From an uncultured Chloroflexia bacterium (GTDB lineage Bacteria; Chloroflexota; Anaerolineae; CG2-30-64-16): DNA of 64,000 bases. The DNA lies in the NCBI GenBank assembly GCA_963810095.1, contig CAWEMM010000006.1:1440001-1504000 (forward strand), given 5' to 3'. The notes below the pieces were generated by a model that worked only from the letters and a program-made list of their open reading frames with translations, searched no databases and had not been told where the DNA came from. Below, piece after piece: positions 54,652 to 64,000 of the stretch (position 1 is the first letter of the stretch; each line of letters begins with the position of its first letter). The position numbers and the translations under genes were made by a program.

Positions 54652-56115
54652 CCCGCCGACCCCGACCAGGTATTTATTGCCCCCGGCAAACCGGTCTGCC
54701 ATCCATACCAGCGCCAGCCCCATTGCGGCCGATGCCGCACAGGTTTTCAGCACTGTCTCGCGGAGCCCGCCCCAATCCAGCCCACCGATGAGCTTGGAGA
54801 GCAGGACGAAGAGCAGCGTCATCTCGATCATGATCGCGATGGTGTTGGCCAGCGCGAGCCCGCCGTGCAGCAGCCACCCGCGGAGCAGCACGCTCAGCAC
54901 GACGTTGAGCGCCATGGTGCTGATGCCGACGATGACGGGTGTGCGGGTGTTGTGCAGCGCGTAGAAGGCCCGCGCAAGGATTTCGACGGCCGAGTGGCCG
55001 ATGAGGCCGATGCTGTAGAAGGTCAGGGCATACGTGGTCAAGGCGGTCGACTGCGGCGTGAACTGGCCGCGCTCGAGCAGCATCCGGACGAGCGGTGCGC
55101 CCCACGCCAGGAGCGCCACTGCCGCGGGGATCGCGAGAAAGAGGATGCCGCGCAGCGTGCTGGTGATCGTCCGGCGCAGCTCGTCGCGGCGCCCTTGCGC
55201 CTGCAGTGCGGCGAAGGTGGGAAAGGCCGCGGTTGCGACGCCTTGGGCCACGATGCCTTGCGGCAGCAGCATGATCAGCCATGCGTAGTTCAGCGCCGCG
55301 ATGCTGCCGGTGGCGAGGGACGACGCCAGGAGCGTGTTGACCCAGAAGTTGACCTGCACCGCGGCCAGGCCGATGACCCGGGGGCCCATCAGCCGTGCGA
55401 CCTCCCGCACCTTTGGGTCGTAAAGGCCAAGCGTCGCCTTGTACTTCGCCCCATACCACCACAACCCCAGCAGCTGCACGTCCAGATGCAGGGCTGCGCC
55501 CACCACCACGCCGAGAACCAGGCCGAACACGCCGAGCGTGGGTGCGAGGAACCAGGCGCCCGCGATGATCGAGAGGTTGTATAATACCGGCGCGAGCGCG
55601 GGCAGCAGGAAGTGCTGGAAGCTGTTCAGCACGCCCATCACGATCCCGCTGACGCCGAAGATGACCGTGCTGATCAGCATCCAGCGCACGAGCTCGACGG
55701 TCAGCGCCTGTTGGGCGAGTGAGAAGCCGGGGGCCAGGACGTTGTGGACCAGCCACGGCGCGGCTATGGCCATGGCGGCTGCGAGGGCGGTCAACACGAT
55801 GAGCACCAGGTTGGTCACGGCGCTGAAGAGGCGCCAGCCGCCGGTGAGATCGCGCCGAGTCAGGCAGCCGGTGAAGACGGGGATAAACGCAGAGCCAAGT
55901 GCGCCACCTGCGACCAATTGAAACAGCAGGTCGGGCACCCGGAAGGCGGCCTGGTAGGCGTCCAGTTCCGCGCTCGTCCCGAAGCGAGCGCCGATAATCA
56001 TCTCGCGTGCCAGCCCAAGCACGCGGCTGATCATAAATAGTGCCACGACGAGGACTGCCGCGCGGGCAATCTGGCGGGTCGAGCCGGATACGGCGGCCGC
56101 GGTGCGTGCTGTCAT
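54538..56115 (-). CDS. murJ: Lipid II flippase MurJ (MviN)
   Basis: SRVLGLARE, AFRVPD, GALGSAFIPVF, LPQG and RAFYA; about 14 TM segments. Confidence 0.93.
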   Translation of the reverse strand: MTARTAAAVSGSTRQIARAAVLVVALFMISRVLGLAREMIIGARFGTSAELDAYQAAFRVPDLLFQLVAGGALGSAFIPVFTGCLTRRDLTGGWRLFSAVTNLVLIVLTALAAAMAIAAPWLVHNVLAPGFSLAQQALTVELVRWMLISTVIFGVSGIVMGVLNSFQHFLLPALAPVLYNLSIIAGAWFLAPTLGVFGLVLGVVVGAALHLDVQLLGLWWYGAKYKATLGLYDPKVREVARLMGPRVIGLAAVQVNFWVNTLLASSLATGSIAALNYAWLIMLLPQGIVAQGVATAAFPTFAALQAQGRRDELRRTITSTLRGILFLAIPAAVALLAWGAPLVRMLLERGQFTPQSTALTTYALTFYSIGLIGHSAVEILARAFYALHNTRTPVIVGISTMALNVVLSVLLRGWLLHGGLALANTIAIMIEMTLLFVLLSKLIGGLDWGGLRETVLKTCAASAAMGLALVWMADRFAGGNKYLVGVGGLMIGGLVFLLVAVVLRTPEIATLRRLLPRRPMKAPGA

Positions 56116-56201
56116 GGCGGCGATTATAACACCGACCCCAGTTTCTCTTTGATTGCGGTCCGGGCTGACCTGTGACCGCAGCCGGCGACAAGGGAGTAGC
56201 A

Positions 56202-56738
56202 ATGGGACGCGAAGATCAAGGCGTCGCAGCCAGCCGCAGCCGCTACCAGGTGGTGCCCCGCACGCTGTGCTTCGTCCGCTACCAGGACGCCACGGGTGGG
56301 CCGGGGGAGGTCCTTCTATTGAAGGGTGCGCCGCACAAGCGGATCTGGGCCAATCGCTATAACGGGCTGGGGGGCCATGTGGAGCGTGGGGAGGACATGC
56401 TGACCGCGACGCTGCGCGAGGTGCGGGAGGAGGCGGGGCTGGAAGTGCACGCCGCCCGCCTGGTCGGGGTGGTGCACGCGGACGGCGGCGACCCTCAGCT
56501 GGGCATCCTATTTTTCATCTTTACGGCCTGGTCGGAAACGAGGGAGGTGGTCTCCTCACCCGAGGGTGCGTTGGAGTGGCACAGGGCGGATGCGCTGCCG
56601 GCCGCCGAGATGGCGCCCGACCTTCCGGTAATCCTCCCCCGCCTGCTGGCGCTGCCGGCCGGCGCGCCGCCCTTGTTCCTGTCGTACACGTATGACGAGC
56701 ATGACCAGCTCGTGATCCGGTTTGCGGAAGAGCCGTAG
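56202..56738 (+). CDS. NUDIX hydrolase
   Basis: Nudix box GGHVERGEDMLTATLREVREEAG. Confidence 0.9.
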   Translation: MGREDQGVAASRSRYQVVPRTLCFVRYQDATGGPGEVLLLKGAPHKRIWANRYNGLGGHVERGEDMLTATLREVREEAGLEVHAARLVGVVHADGGDPQLGILFFIFTAWSETREVVSSPEGALEWHRADALPAAEMAPDLPVILPRLLALPAGAPPLFLSYTYDEHDQLVIRFAEEP

Positions 56739-56759
56739 TCCCTGGCATCGGGGTGGATT

Positions 56760-57005
56760 GGTTTTCCCTTGTTGGGGGCAGGCTTGCCCCAACGCCCGGC
56801 TCGCGGCGTCAGTTTTCCTTTGTTGGGGGCAGGCTTGCCCTCAACGCCCGGCTCGCGGTGCTGGTTTTCTTTTGTTGGGGGCAGGCTTGCCCCAACGCCC
56901 GGCTCGCGGTGCCGGTTTTCTTTTGTTGGGGGCAGGCTTGCCCTCAACGCCCGGCTCGCGGTGCGGTTTCTTTTGTTGGGGGCAGGCTTGCCCCCAACGC
57001 CCCCG
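56760..57005. repeat. Tandem array of ~51-bp hairpin units (about 4.7 copies)
   Basis: Unit GGTTTTCTTTTGTTGGGGGCAGGCTTGCCCCAACGCCCGGCTCGCGGTGCC; no unique spacers. Confidence 0.9.
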
Positions 57006-57270
57006 CTTCAGGGGCTTCGCCCCCGAAACCCCCAAAGGCATTCGCTATGTGTGACCTCCGCCCACCAACGCCTGCCGTTCTCCCCCGGCATGGGACTGAC
57101 AGTCACAGCCTTCCTAAAACCTCTATTCCGTGCGGCGCGAGGCATTAGTGTCCGTGGGGCATGGAGACCTGGGCTGATGCCGCCGACATGTTCGACGGGA
57201 GCGTAGCAATTGGGGGTCAAGGGGGTGAAACCCCCTGGCGGGGGCAAGCTTGCCCCCGCCAGAAGAACTC
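56965..57270. repeat. Dispersed nested-hairpin element, complete copy C
   Basis: Left arm plus CAGGGGCTTCGCCCCCGAAACCCCCAAA; right arm GGAGCGTAGCAATTGGGGGTC identical to copy A. Confidence 0.75.
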
Positions 57271-57272
57271 AC

Positions 57273-58070
57273 CTAGAACTTCGCGATCGACAGCAGCTCG
57301 CTCAGCGCCATGTTGACCTCGTGCGGGTTCTCCATGGGGCTCATGTGCCCCGCGTGCATGATCAGCACCGATCGCGCCTCCGGGATTTGCTTCGCCATGG
57401 TCACCGCGATTTCCGGCGGCGTGATGACGTCGTGCTCGCCGGCCACGACGATCGCGGGGGCCGTGATCCCCGCTAACGTGGCGGTCTCGTCCGCTCGCTC
57501 GCGCATCGCAGCCAGGGCTGCAATCATGCCTGCGGCCGGTTGGCGCAGCATGATCTCGCGCACCGCGCCCACCAGGCGCTCCGCGGCCAGGTTCTCCGGC
57601 GTGAGCATGCGCGGCAGCATTTCCTCGGCAAGCACTTGGACCCCGCGCTCGCGCACCCGCTCGATGGTCGCGGTCCGGCCGTCGCGTACCTCAGGCGTAT
57701 CCGCACTCGCCCGCGTGTCAACCAGCGCCAACCCTGCCACCCGCTCGGGGTGCCTGCGCCAGAAGGCCAGCGTCACATAACCACCCATGCTTAGCCCGGC
57801 GACGACGGCCTTGCGCACGCCCAGGGTGTCCAACAGCTCGGCCAGGTCGTCGGCGTGCTGTTCCATGGAGTAGGGCGGGGGCGGAACGTCGGACCGGCCA
57901 TGTCCACGCAGGTCAGGCGCGATGACGCGCGCCCTGTCCGCCAATCCTTCAAGTTGAGCGTCCCACATGCCGCTGTCCAGCGGAAACCCGTGTACGAGCA
58001 AGAGCGCCGGCCGGTTCTCCTGGCCGTTGGCCTGATAAGCCACCCGTACGCCGCCGATCACTGCCTCCAT
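57273..58070 (-). CDS. Alpha/beta-fold hydrolase (PcaD-like)
   Basis: VHGFP, DLRGHGRS, nucleophile elbow GLSMGG, GEHD and AGHMS. Confidence 0.9.
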   Translation of the reverse strand: MEAVIGGVRVAYQANGQENRPALLLVHGFPLDSGMWDAQLEGLADRARVIAPDLRGHGRSDVPPPPYSMEQHADDLAELLDTLGVRKAVVAGLSMGGYVTLAFWRRHPERVAGLALVDTRASADTPEVRDGRTATIERVRERGVQVLAEEMLPRMLTPENLAAERLVGAVREIMLRQPAAGMIAALAAMRERADETATLAGITAPAIVVAGEHDVITPPEIAVTMAKQIPEARSVLIMHAGHMSPMENPHEVNMALSELLSIAKF

Positions 58071-58466
58071 TGTCCCCTCCCTTGAGCGTGTGACACCTGG
58101 GACGAGTATATCACGCTCCGCACCGGCCTGGCGCGTGGTCGCGCTCGCTATCATCGTAACATTCTAAGAATTCTCAAAGACACAAAAGATGAGGAGGGGT
58201 GCTATAGTGTCGCGCGGGAGTGTGGAATTGCAACGCTTCTTGTCAGGAGCATTGGCGCAGAGAATGAACGCTCAGGGGAGAAACTGGTGCGTGAAACGTG
58301 TCTGAAAGAACGTTAACTTTTTTGGGTGACAAACTTCATGGCGCTTTCATCATCGACCGTTATGCTCTGCGCAACCTTACGTTGTTATTGACGTAGTGAA
58401 GTTTGGAACCAGGCCAGGCGGGCCATCGTCTACGGATCATTAGCAGAAGCATTGAAGGAGCCGACC

Positions 58467-58610
58467 ATGGACATCCCACTGTTGATTGCAATTCTGGCGT
58501 TGCTGACCTGGACCCTACTCCCCCAACTGGACCGCTATGCAGACGCGGAATACACGGTCGAGGGCAAGCCTTCGCGGCTCCAGCGCCTGGCGCGGTGGAT
58601 CAACAACTGA
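58467..58610 (+). CDS. Small 47-aa protein with a hydrophobic N-terminus (absent from the ORF track)
   Basis: RBS AAGGAG 6 nt before ATG; MDIPLLIAILALLTWTLLPQLDRYADAEYTVEGKPSRLQRLARWINN*; followed by a terminator. Confidence 0.55.
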   Translation: MDIPLLIAILALLTWTLLPQLDRYADAEYTVEGKPSRLQRLARWINN

Positions 58611-58673
58611 ACGAGTCCGGGTGGGCTGCCTCGGGGCATCCGACCCGCAGCTAAATTGAAGCCTGTATGAGGG

Positions 58674-58700
58674 AGGGGACGGCGCGCCGTCCCCTCTTTT
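58674..58700 (+). terminator. Intrinsic terminator after the small ORF
   Basis: AGGGGACGGC-gc-GCCGTCCCCT followed by CTTTT. Confidence 0.75.
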
Positions 58701-58832
58701 CGTTGTCAAAGCTGCGCGGCGTCATTGCCGCCCTCCTGCTACGGTCGTATCGTGAGAGCACACTCGCGGCCCAGATGGTCCGGTGTCGATCCCCCCATCT
58801 GCGTCCTATTCGTTTCTCAAAGTGGAGAATCT

Positions 58833-60031
58833 ATGCGTGAATTCATCGACGGCGCCACCGCCATCGCGCGGGGCGCCCTGGATGCCGGCGTAACTTTCTT
58901 CGCCGGCTATCCTATCTCCCCCGCCACACCCATCCTGCTTCACATGGTCCGCGAACTGCCCAAGGTGGGCGGCGTCGCCATCCAGGGCGAAGACGAAATC
59001 GCCTCCATCAGCATGTGCGTTGCCGCCGCGATGACCGGCGCCCGCGCCTTGACCGCTACGTCTGGCCCCGGCCTGTCGCTTTACAGCGAGACCATCGGAC
59101 TGTCGATCATGGGCGAGGTCCCGCTCGTCATCGTGGACGTGCAGCGGATGGGGCCGGCCACGGGCGGCGCGACGACGCCTGGCCAGGGCGACGTGCAGTT
59201 CGCCCGCTGGGGCAACTCGGGCGGCTATCCGATCGTTGCGCTGGCCCCCGGCAGCGTGTACGAGTGCTACAGCCTGACCCGCACCGCTTTCGACCTGGCC
59301 GAGCGGTTCCGCTGCCCCGTGTTCATACTGACCGACAAGGAACTGTTCCAGGCGTTGACGACGGTCGACGTGGACGGCTACGAGGCGCCGGCGGTGCGCG
59401 AGCGGGTAATTGCAGGCGTGCTTGCTGGGGGCACATCCGGCCTGCGCTCTGAAGAAACGTACATCCCCTACAGGATCGCATCCCCCGACGCCGTTCCCGA
59501 ATACGCACCCATAGGCGGCCCACACATCGTCCGCTTCACCGGTTCGACGCACGACGAGCACGGTTTCTTGACCAAGGACCCGGCGAAGGTCGGCAGGCTG
59601 AACGAGCACCTGCGTCGCAAGATCGACGATCACGCGGCCGAGCTTGACATGGCACGAGCTGCGCCGGTGGGCGGCGCGACGACCGCCTTCATTTCCTACG
59701 GGGTGACCACCGCCGCGATGGATGAGGCGCGCGAGCCGCGCGCACCGCCGGAACGCCCGTCTCCACCCTAGCGGTGCAGAGCCTGTGGCCGGTGCCCGAG
59801 CGGTCGATCGTCGACATCGTTCAACCCATGGGCGCCCAGGTCCCCGTCCGCCGGGTCGTCGTGGCCGAGATGAACACCGGCGACTTCCGTCGAGAGGTGG
59901 AGCGGGTGGTCTACCGCTGGGCCGCGACCGAGCGTGTCGTGCCGCCCGAGATCGTGGGGATCAACCGCATCGACGGGGAGCTGATTACCCCGGCTCAGTT
60001 CCTGGACCAGGTCTTGGGAGGGACGCGATGA
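58833..60031 (+). CDS. 2-oxoacid:ferredoxin oxidoreductase alpha subunit (frameshift near 59750)
   Basis: AGYPISPAT, EDEIAS, TATSGPGLSL, QRMGPATG and EMN. Confidence 0.9.
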
Positions 60032-61359
60032 TCCACACCCACCTGCCGCTGCACACCTATCGCAACGAGCGCGATTATCCCTTCTGCCCCGGCTGTGGGC
60101 ATTCGCTCATTCTCAACCACCTGAACGCCGCGTTCGTCAAGCTGGGCCTCGACCCACATCGCATTGCGCTGGTGACCGACATCGGCTGCCAGGGGTTGGG
60201 CGACCAATACTTCGCGGTCAACGCGTTCCACGGCCTCCACGGGCGCAGCCTCGCGTACGCCACGGGCATCAAGCTCGCCGACCCGGACCTGAAGGTCTTC
60301 GTGTTGATTGGCGACGGCGGCACCGGGATCGGCGGCGCGCACCTGCTTAATGCGGCCCGGCGCAACGTGGGCATGACGGTGCTGGTGATGAACAATTTCA
60401 ACTTCGGCATGACCGGCGGCGAGCACAGCGTGACCACCCCGCCGGGCGGCGTCACCGTGACGACGCGCCAAGGCAACCTGGAGCGGCCGCTGGACATCTG
60501 TAGCACGGTCGCGGTCAACGGCGCTGGCTACGTTTGGCGGGGGACGGCATTCGATCGGGAGCTGCCCGACGTGATCGTCGAGGCTGCGCAGAGCGAGTGC
60601 TTCGCCCTGCTCGACATTTGGGAGCTGTGCACCGCCTACTACGTTCCTAATAACGATTTCTCGCGTAAGTCGCTGCTGGAGATGCGGGAAGGGCTGGGGA
60701 TGAGCGCCGGGCTGCTGCACCGGGAGGACCGGCCGGAGTACGCCCGGGCGGTCCGTGCAGCCGGCGAAAGCCTGCGCGGCAAACCCGTTCTGCCGGCCAA
60801 TGCCCTGCCCACGCTGTTTGCGGCCCAACTCGACAGGGAGTTTCGGCTGGTGGTAGCGGGGTCGGCCGGGGGCAAGGTGCGTTCCGCCGCGCGTGTGGTC
60901 GGCGAGGCCGCGATTTTGTCTGGCCTGTGGGCTGCGCAGCAGGACGATTACCCGGTGACCGTTCAGACGGGCCACAGCATCAGCGAGCTCATCTTCAGCC
61001 CGCGGCCGATTCAGTTCACCGGCGTGACCCGGCCCGACGCCTTGATCCTGGCGACCGAAGACGGCCGGAGGGCCAGCGCCCGTTATCTGAAGGCGCTTAC
61101 GCCCGAAAGTTGGCTTTTCACCACGCCGGAGTTCGCCAACCTGGACACGCCGGCCCGCAAGGTGGTGCTGGATTTGGATGCGTTGGGGATCAAGGGGGGA
61201 AAGAAGAACCTGGCCTGGCTGTTGACTATCGCGGCGCTTGCGCACCTGGGCCTGTTCCCGCTCGCGGCATGCGAGGAAGCCGCCCGACGGGGTCAGCGGG
61301 CCGAGGTGGCGGAGGAGATGATCGCGGGGGCCCGCCACTTCGCGGTGCCGGGCAACTGA
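60028..61359 (+). CDS. 2-oxoacid:ferredoxin oxidoreductase beta subunit fused to a gamma-like domain
   Basis: FCPGCGH, DIGC, LHGR, GDGG and NFNFGMTGG (TPP binding); then 'VVAGSAGGKVRSAA...GHSISEL'. Confidence 0.88.
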   Translation: MIHTHLPLHTYRNERDYPFCPGCGHSLILNHLNAAFVKLGLDPHRIALVTDIGCQGLGDQYFAVNAFHGLHGRSLAYATGIKLADPDLKVFVLIGDGGTGIGGAHLLNAARRNVGMTVLVMNNFNFGMTGGEHSVTTPPGGVTVTTRQGNLERPLDICSTVAVNGAGYVWRGTAFDRELPDVIVEAAQSECFALLDIWELCTAYYVPNNDFSRKSLLEMREGLGMSAGLLHREDRPEYARAVRAAGESLRGKPVLPANALPTLFAAQLDREFRLVVAGSAGGKVRSAARVVGEAAILSGLWAAQQDDYPVTVQTGHSISELIFSPRPIQFTGVTRPDALILATEDGRRASARYLKALTPESWLFTTPEFANLDTPARKVVLDLDALGIKGGKKNLAWLLTIAALAHLGLFPLAACEEAARRGQRAEVAEEMIAGARHFAVPGN

Positions 61360-61377
61360 GCGCCTGATGCCTAATGA

Positions 61378-61446
61378 CTATTTGGCGGGGGCGCTCTTGC
61401 CCCCGCCGCCCCCGACCAAGGGCTACGCCCCTTGGAACCCCAAAAG
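61378..61446. repeat. Dispersed element copy D (left arm only)
   Basis: GGCGGGGGCGCTCTTGCCCCCGCC + CCAAGGGCTACGCCCCTTGGAACCCCAAAA. Confidence 0.6.
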
Positions 61447-61541
61447 CCACGCTGCGGGTACCGGTTCGCCCGGCTAAGTCACGGTATGGGCGGATGAGGC
61501 AGGGGCGGCAGGAGCCATCTGCGTATTCATCGTGTTTGCGT

Positions 61542-63089
61542 CTACACCTCGGCGTCGTTCCATACCCCCTCGACAACCTCCACCTCTACCCCGAGGCTCG
61601 CGGCCAGCAGCCCGACGTTCCTGCGCGCATCCCACACCTCGATTTGCGCGTCGCCGTCGCACTGGGCCTCGATTTGCACCCAGCCCTGCGCCTTGTCAAA
61701 GTGGCACCGGACGTCGCGCACCGTCTGCCGGCGCCCGCGCTCCAGATACTCGCAGATTCTCAGCATCCCCGACAGGACGTCGAGCACGTGGTCGTCGCCG
61801 GCCTCCAGCAGCGACTCGCACTCGCGCGTCTTCGGCGTGCCGCGGTTCCGGTGATAGCGCGTCATCAACGCAATGAGCACCTTCTCTCGGGGGGTGTAGC
61901 CGGGCAGCAGGCTGTTCTGGACGATGTAACTGGAGTGGAGGTGATGGTTGCCGTAGCCGATTTCGACGCCGATGTCGTGCAGCATGGCGGCCGCCCACAG
62001 CAGCTCACGGCAGGCGGGATCCAGCCCATGGATCTCGGCCAGGTCATCGAAGAGGCGGAGCGCGAGGAACGCGACGTGGTGCGTATGGGCCGTGTCCTGG
62101 CCGAAGTTGCGCGCCAGGTTCAGTGCGCTGAATGCGCGCAGATCGTCGATCACGGGCCGGCCCTGCCCCGCCAGAAACTCGCTCGTAAAACAGGCCCTCG
62201 CGCAACCCCTGGCGGCTGACCGTGATCGCGTCAAAGCCGCTGTGCTCGAGCAGCAGGCTGTAGACCAGCGCGCCCGCATGGATGATGTCGGCCCGGTCCG
62301 GGTGCAGCCCGCCCAGCTTGGCGCGTTCCTCCGCAGTCAGGCGCCAAAGCCGGTCGCCCAATTCCTGCACGTCGCTGCCCGCCAGCACGTAATGGTCCAC
62401 CGAGTCCAGCGGGTAACCGTCCTCGCTCTGCGCCATGCTTGCCAGGTTGCGGATCGTGCCGCCGATGGCGACCAACTCCGCGCCGTCGCGCACCTTGAAC
62501 CAGTCGAACTGCTCGGCCAGCATGTCTCTGACCCGCTGCGTCAGCTTTCTGACCGCCCCCGGCTTCGCCGCGTCGAACCCCAGATACGTCTCCGCGACGT
62601 GGAGCGCGCCCAACTGGACACTCGCCGCCCGGCCCGGCGTCTTGTCCTGGACCTCCACCACCTGTACGCTGCCGCCGCCCATGTCGACCACGAAGCCGTT
62701 CGTCAGGCCGATCCCGTTGATCGCGCCGAGCGCGCCGTAATAGCCTTCTTCTTCGCCCGCAAGCAGCCGGAGTGAGATCCCGGCGTCGTTCTGGACGCGC
62801 GCAGAGGAACGAGTCGCGGTTTGTGGCGTCGCGCACCGCGCTCGGTGCCCACGGCGATCAAATCGTCGACACCCACTGCATCGCAGAGCACCCGGTACAT
62901 CTTGAGGGCGTGCAGCGACCGGTCGATGGCTGCGGCCCGCAGGACCTGCGTCGCGCCCATCCCCTCGCGCAGGCGGACGACCTCCCGTACTTCGTCCACG
63001 AGCCTGAAACGCATCCCGGGCTCGTGCTCGTAGATCACGAGGCGGCTGGTGTTCGAGCCCAGGTCAATGACGCCTGTCCGGTGGGTCAT
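61542..63089 (-). CDS. ppx: Ppx/GppA exopolyphosphatase with an HD domain (2-3 frameshifts)
   Basis: IDLGSNTSRL, DMGGGSVQ, GGTIRN, RADII, GLREG and LHDIG. Confidence 0.9.
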
Positions 63090-64000
63090 CCTGCCTCCTC
63101 CCGACAACAAAGGCAGTCACACTGCGCCACGGCACAGCTTGTCCGGTCAGCTGCCCGCGATAGAGCGTCTCGACGGTGGCCAGTTCTTCCCCAGAGAGCG
63201 ACTCCGCCAGACGCTGCCGGTATGAGGGCCGGCCGCCGTCCGCGCGTTCGCCAGGGGCCGCCGTGCCAAACCAGCGGTCCAGCGCCGCAGGCTGTATGCG
63301 GGTTTCAAGCTCGGTCTCCACGGCTTCGACCGTCACGTCGGCGAAACCCGCCCATTCGAGCACTGCCGCCAGCGCACCCTCGTCCCAGTTCACCGACGGA
63401 TCGGCCGGGTCCTGGTAGATCGCCTCTTCTGCGGCACGCAGCTTCTCAGCCAGGGCCGGCCCCAATCGTGCCCCGTCGATCAGCGCATACAAACGTTGGC
63501 TGCGCCTGGCCAGCACCTCCGCCAGGCTGATCCTGCCGCCGGGACGGGCCAGTGACGCGAGGACCTGCGCCGCGCCGGCAAGGTGCGCCGGCAGGTCGCC
63601 GTAAGCCGCCCGCTCCTCGGCCACCATCTCGAGGCTGACCGCGGTCATTCCCTTCTGCGGCGCCAGCGCGTTCCGCCCGAGTATCGCGTCGAAGCGCAGG
63701 TCGCCCTCCCCGCGCAGGTCGAGCAGCTCGCGCACGTCACGCAGCGTACCTTGCAGGATCACCGGGCGTTCCATCGGCCCCAGCCGGTTCGCGGACTCGC
63801 GCAGGGCTTCCGCCTCCCGCACCGACGCGGCCACCGCCCACACCCCGCCCTCGGGTGCGCGGCGCACCGCCTCCCAGGTCAGCAGCCCAGTCCCCGCGTT
63901 CAAATCCAGGACGATGCTGTGCCGCTGCAGCTTGGCCGCCCCCACCAGGCGGTCGCGCAGCGCGCTGAGCCGCTCGCCCGCGCCGCTGACCGCCCGGGCC
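63064..64000 (-). CDS. Methyltransferase-like domain, probably the C-terminus of a RarA/MgsA fusion protein (5' end outside the window)
   Basis: 'VLDLNAGTGLLTWEAVRRAPEGGVWA...FDAILGRN' resembles the C-terminal domain of RarA fusion proteins; frame open to the window edge. Confidence 0.6.
   Translation of the reverse strand, partial: ARAVSGAGERLSALRDRLVGAAKLQRHSIVLDLNAGTGLLTWEAVRRAPEGGVWAVAASVREAEALRESANRLGPMERPVILQGTLRDVRELLDLRGEGDLRFDAILGRNALAPQKGMTAVSLEMVAEERAAYGDLPAHLAGAAQVLASLARPGGRISLAEVLARRSQRLYALIDGARLGPALAEKLRAAEEAIYQDPADPSVNWDEGALAAVLEWAGFADVTVEAVETELETRIQPAALDRWFGTAAPGERADGGRPSYRQRLAESLSGEELATVETLYRGQLTGQAVPWRSVTAFVVGRRQDDPPDRRH

Noticed and set aside
56760-57005. Possible CRISPR array
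   Set aside because: Sequences between the hairpins are near-identical, so there are no unique spacers, and no cas genes are in the window

Overview
GC-rich bacterial chromosomal window, most consistent with a Chloroflexota (Anaerolineae/Caldilineae-like) genome. This placement is inferred from the GAAC-N4-GTTC LexA box, the Pro/Thr-linker surface proteins and the RarA-type fusion. About 45 genes are recognisable: proteases (PrsW, three trypsin/HtrA-like, site-2 protease, M29), an ECF sigma/ZAS anti-sigma pair, mutM, tRNA-Leu(CAA), acyl-CoA dehydrogenase, penicillin acylase, ABC1 kinase, tupBC, GH2, GT4, a 4x lamin-tail surface protein, rpoD, infA, rpsU, MoxR/rsmI/DUF58, lexA, mpg, murJ, a 2-oxoacid:ferredoxin oxidoreductase and ppx. 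Many genes are split by single-base frameshifts, most densely at about 28.5-37.7 kb. These are probably long-read indel errors, so proteins were reconstructed by eye across frames. The main items for follow-up are: (1) a three-gene operon of M29 metallopeptidase, STAND-like ATPase and a degenerate-ATPase/GAF/PP2C phosphatase; (2) a dispersed ~350-bp nested-hairpin element in 4 copies, all between convergent genes, one interrupted by an IS481 that itself carries an IS1182; (3) a 2x cNMP-binding membrane protein and an SH3 lipoprotein that share an unrecognised C-terminal domain; (4) an unannotated 47-aa hydrophobic ORF with a long structured leader; (5) a perfect parS site.
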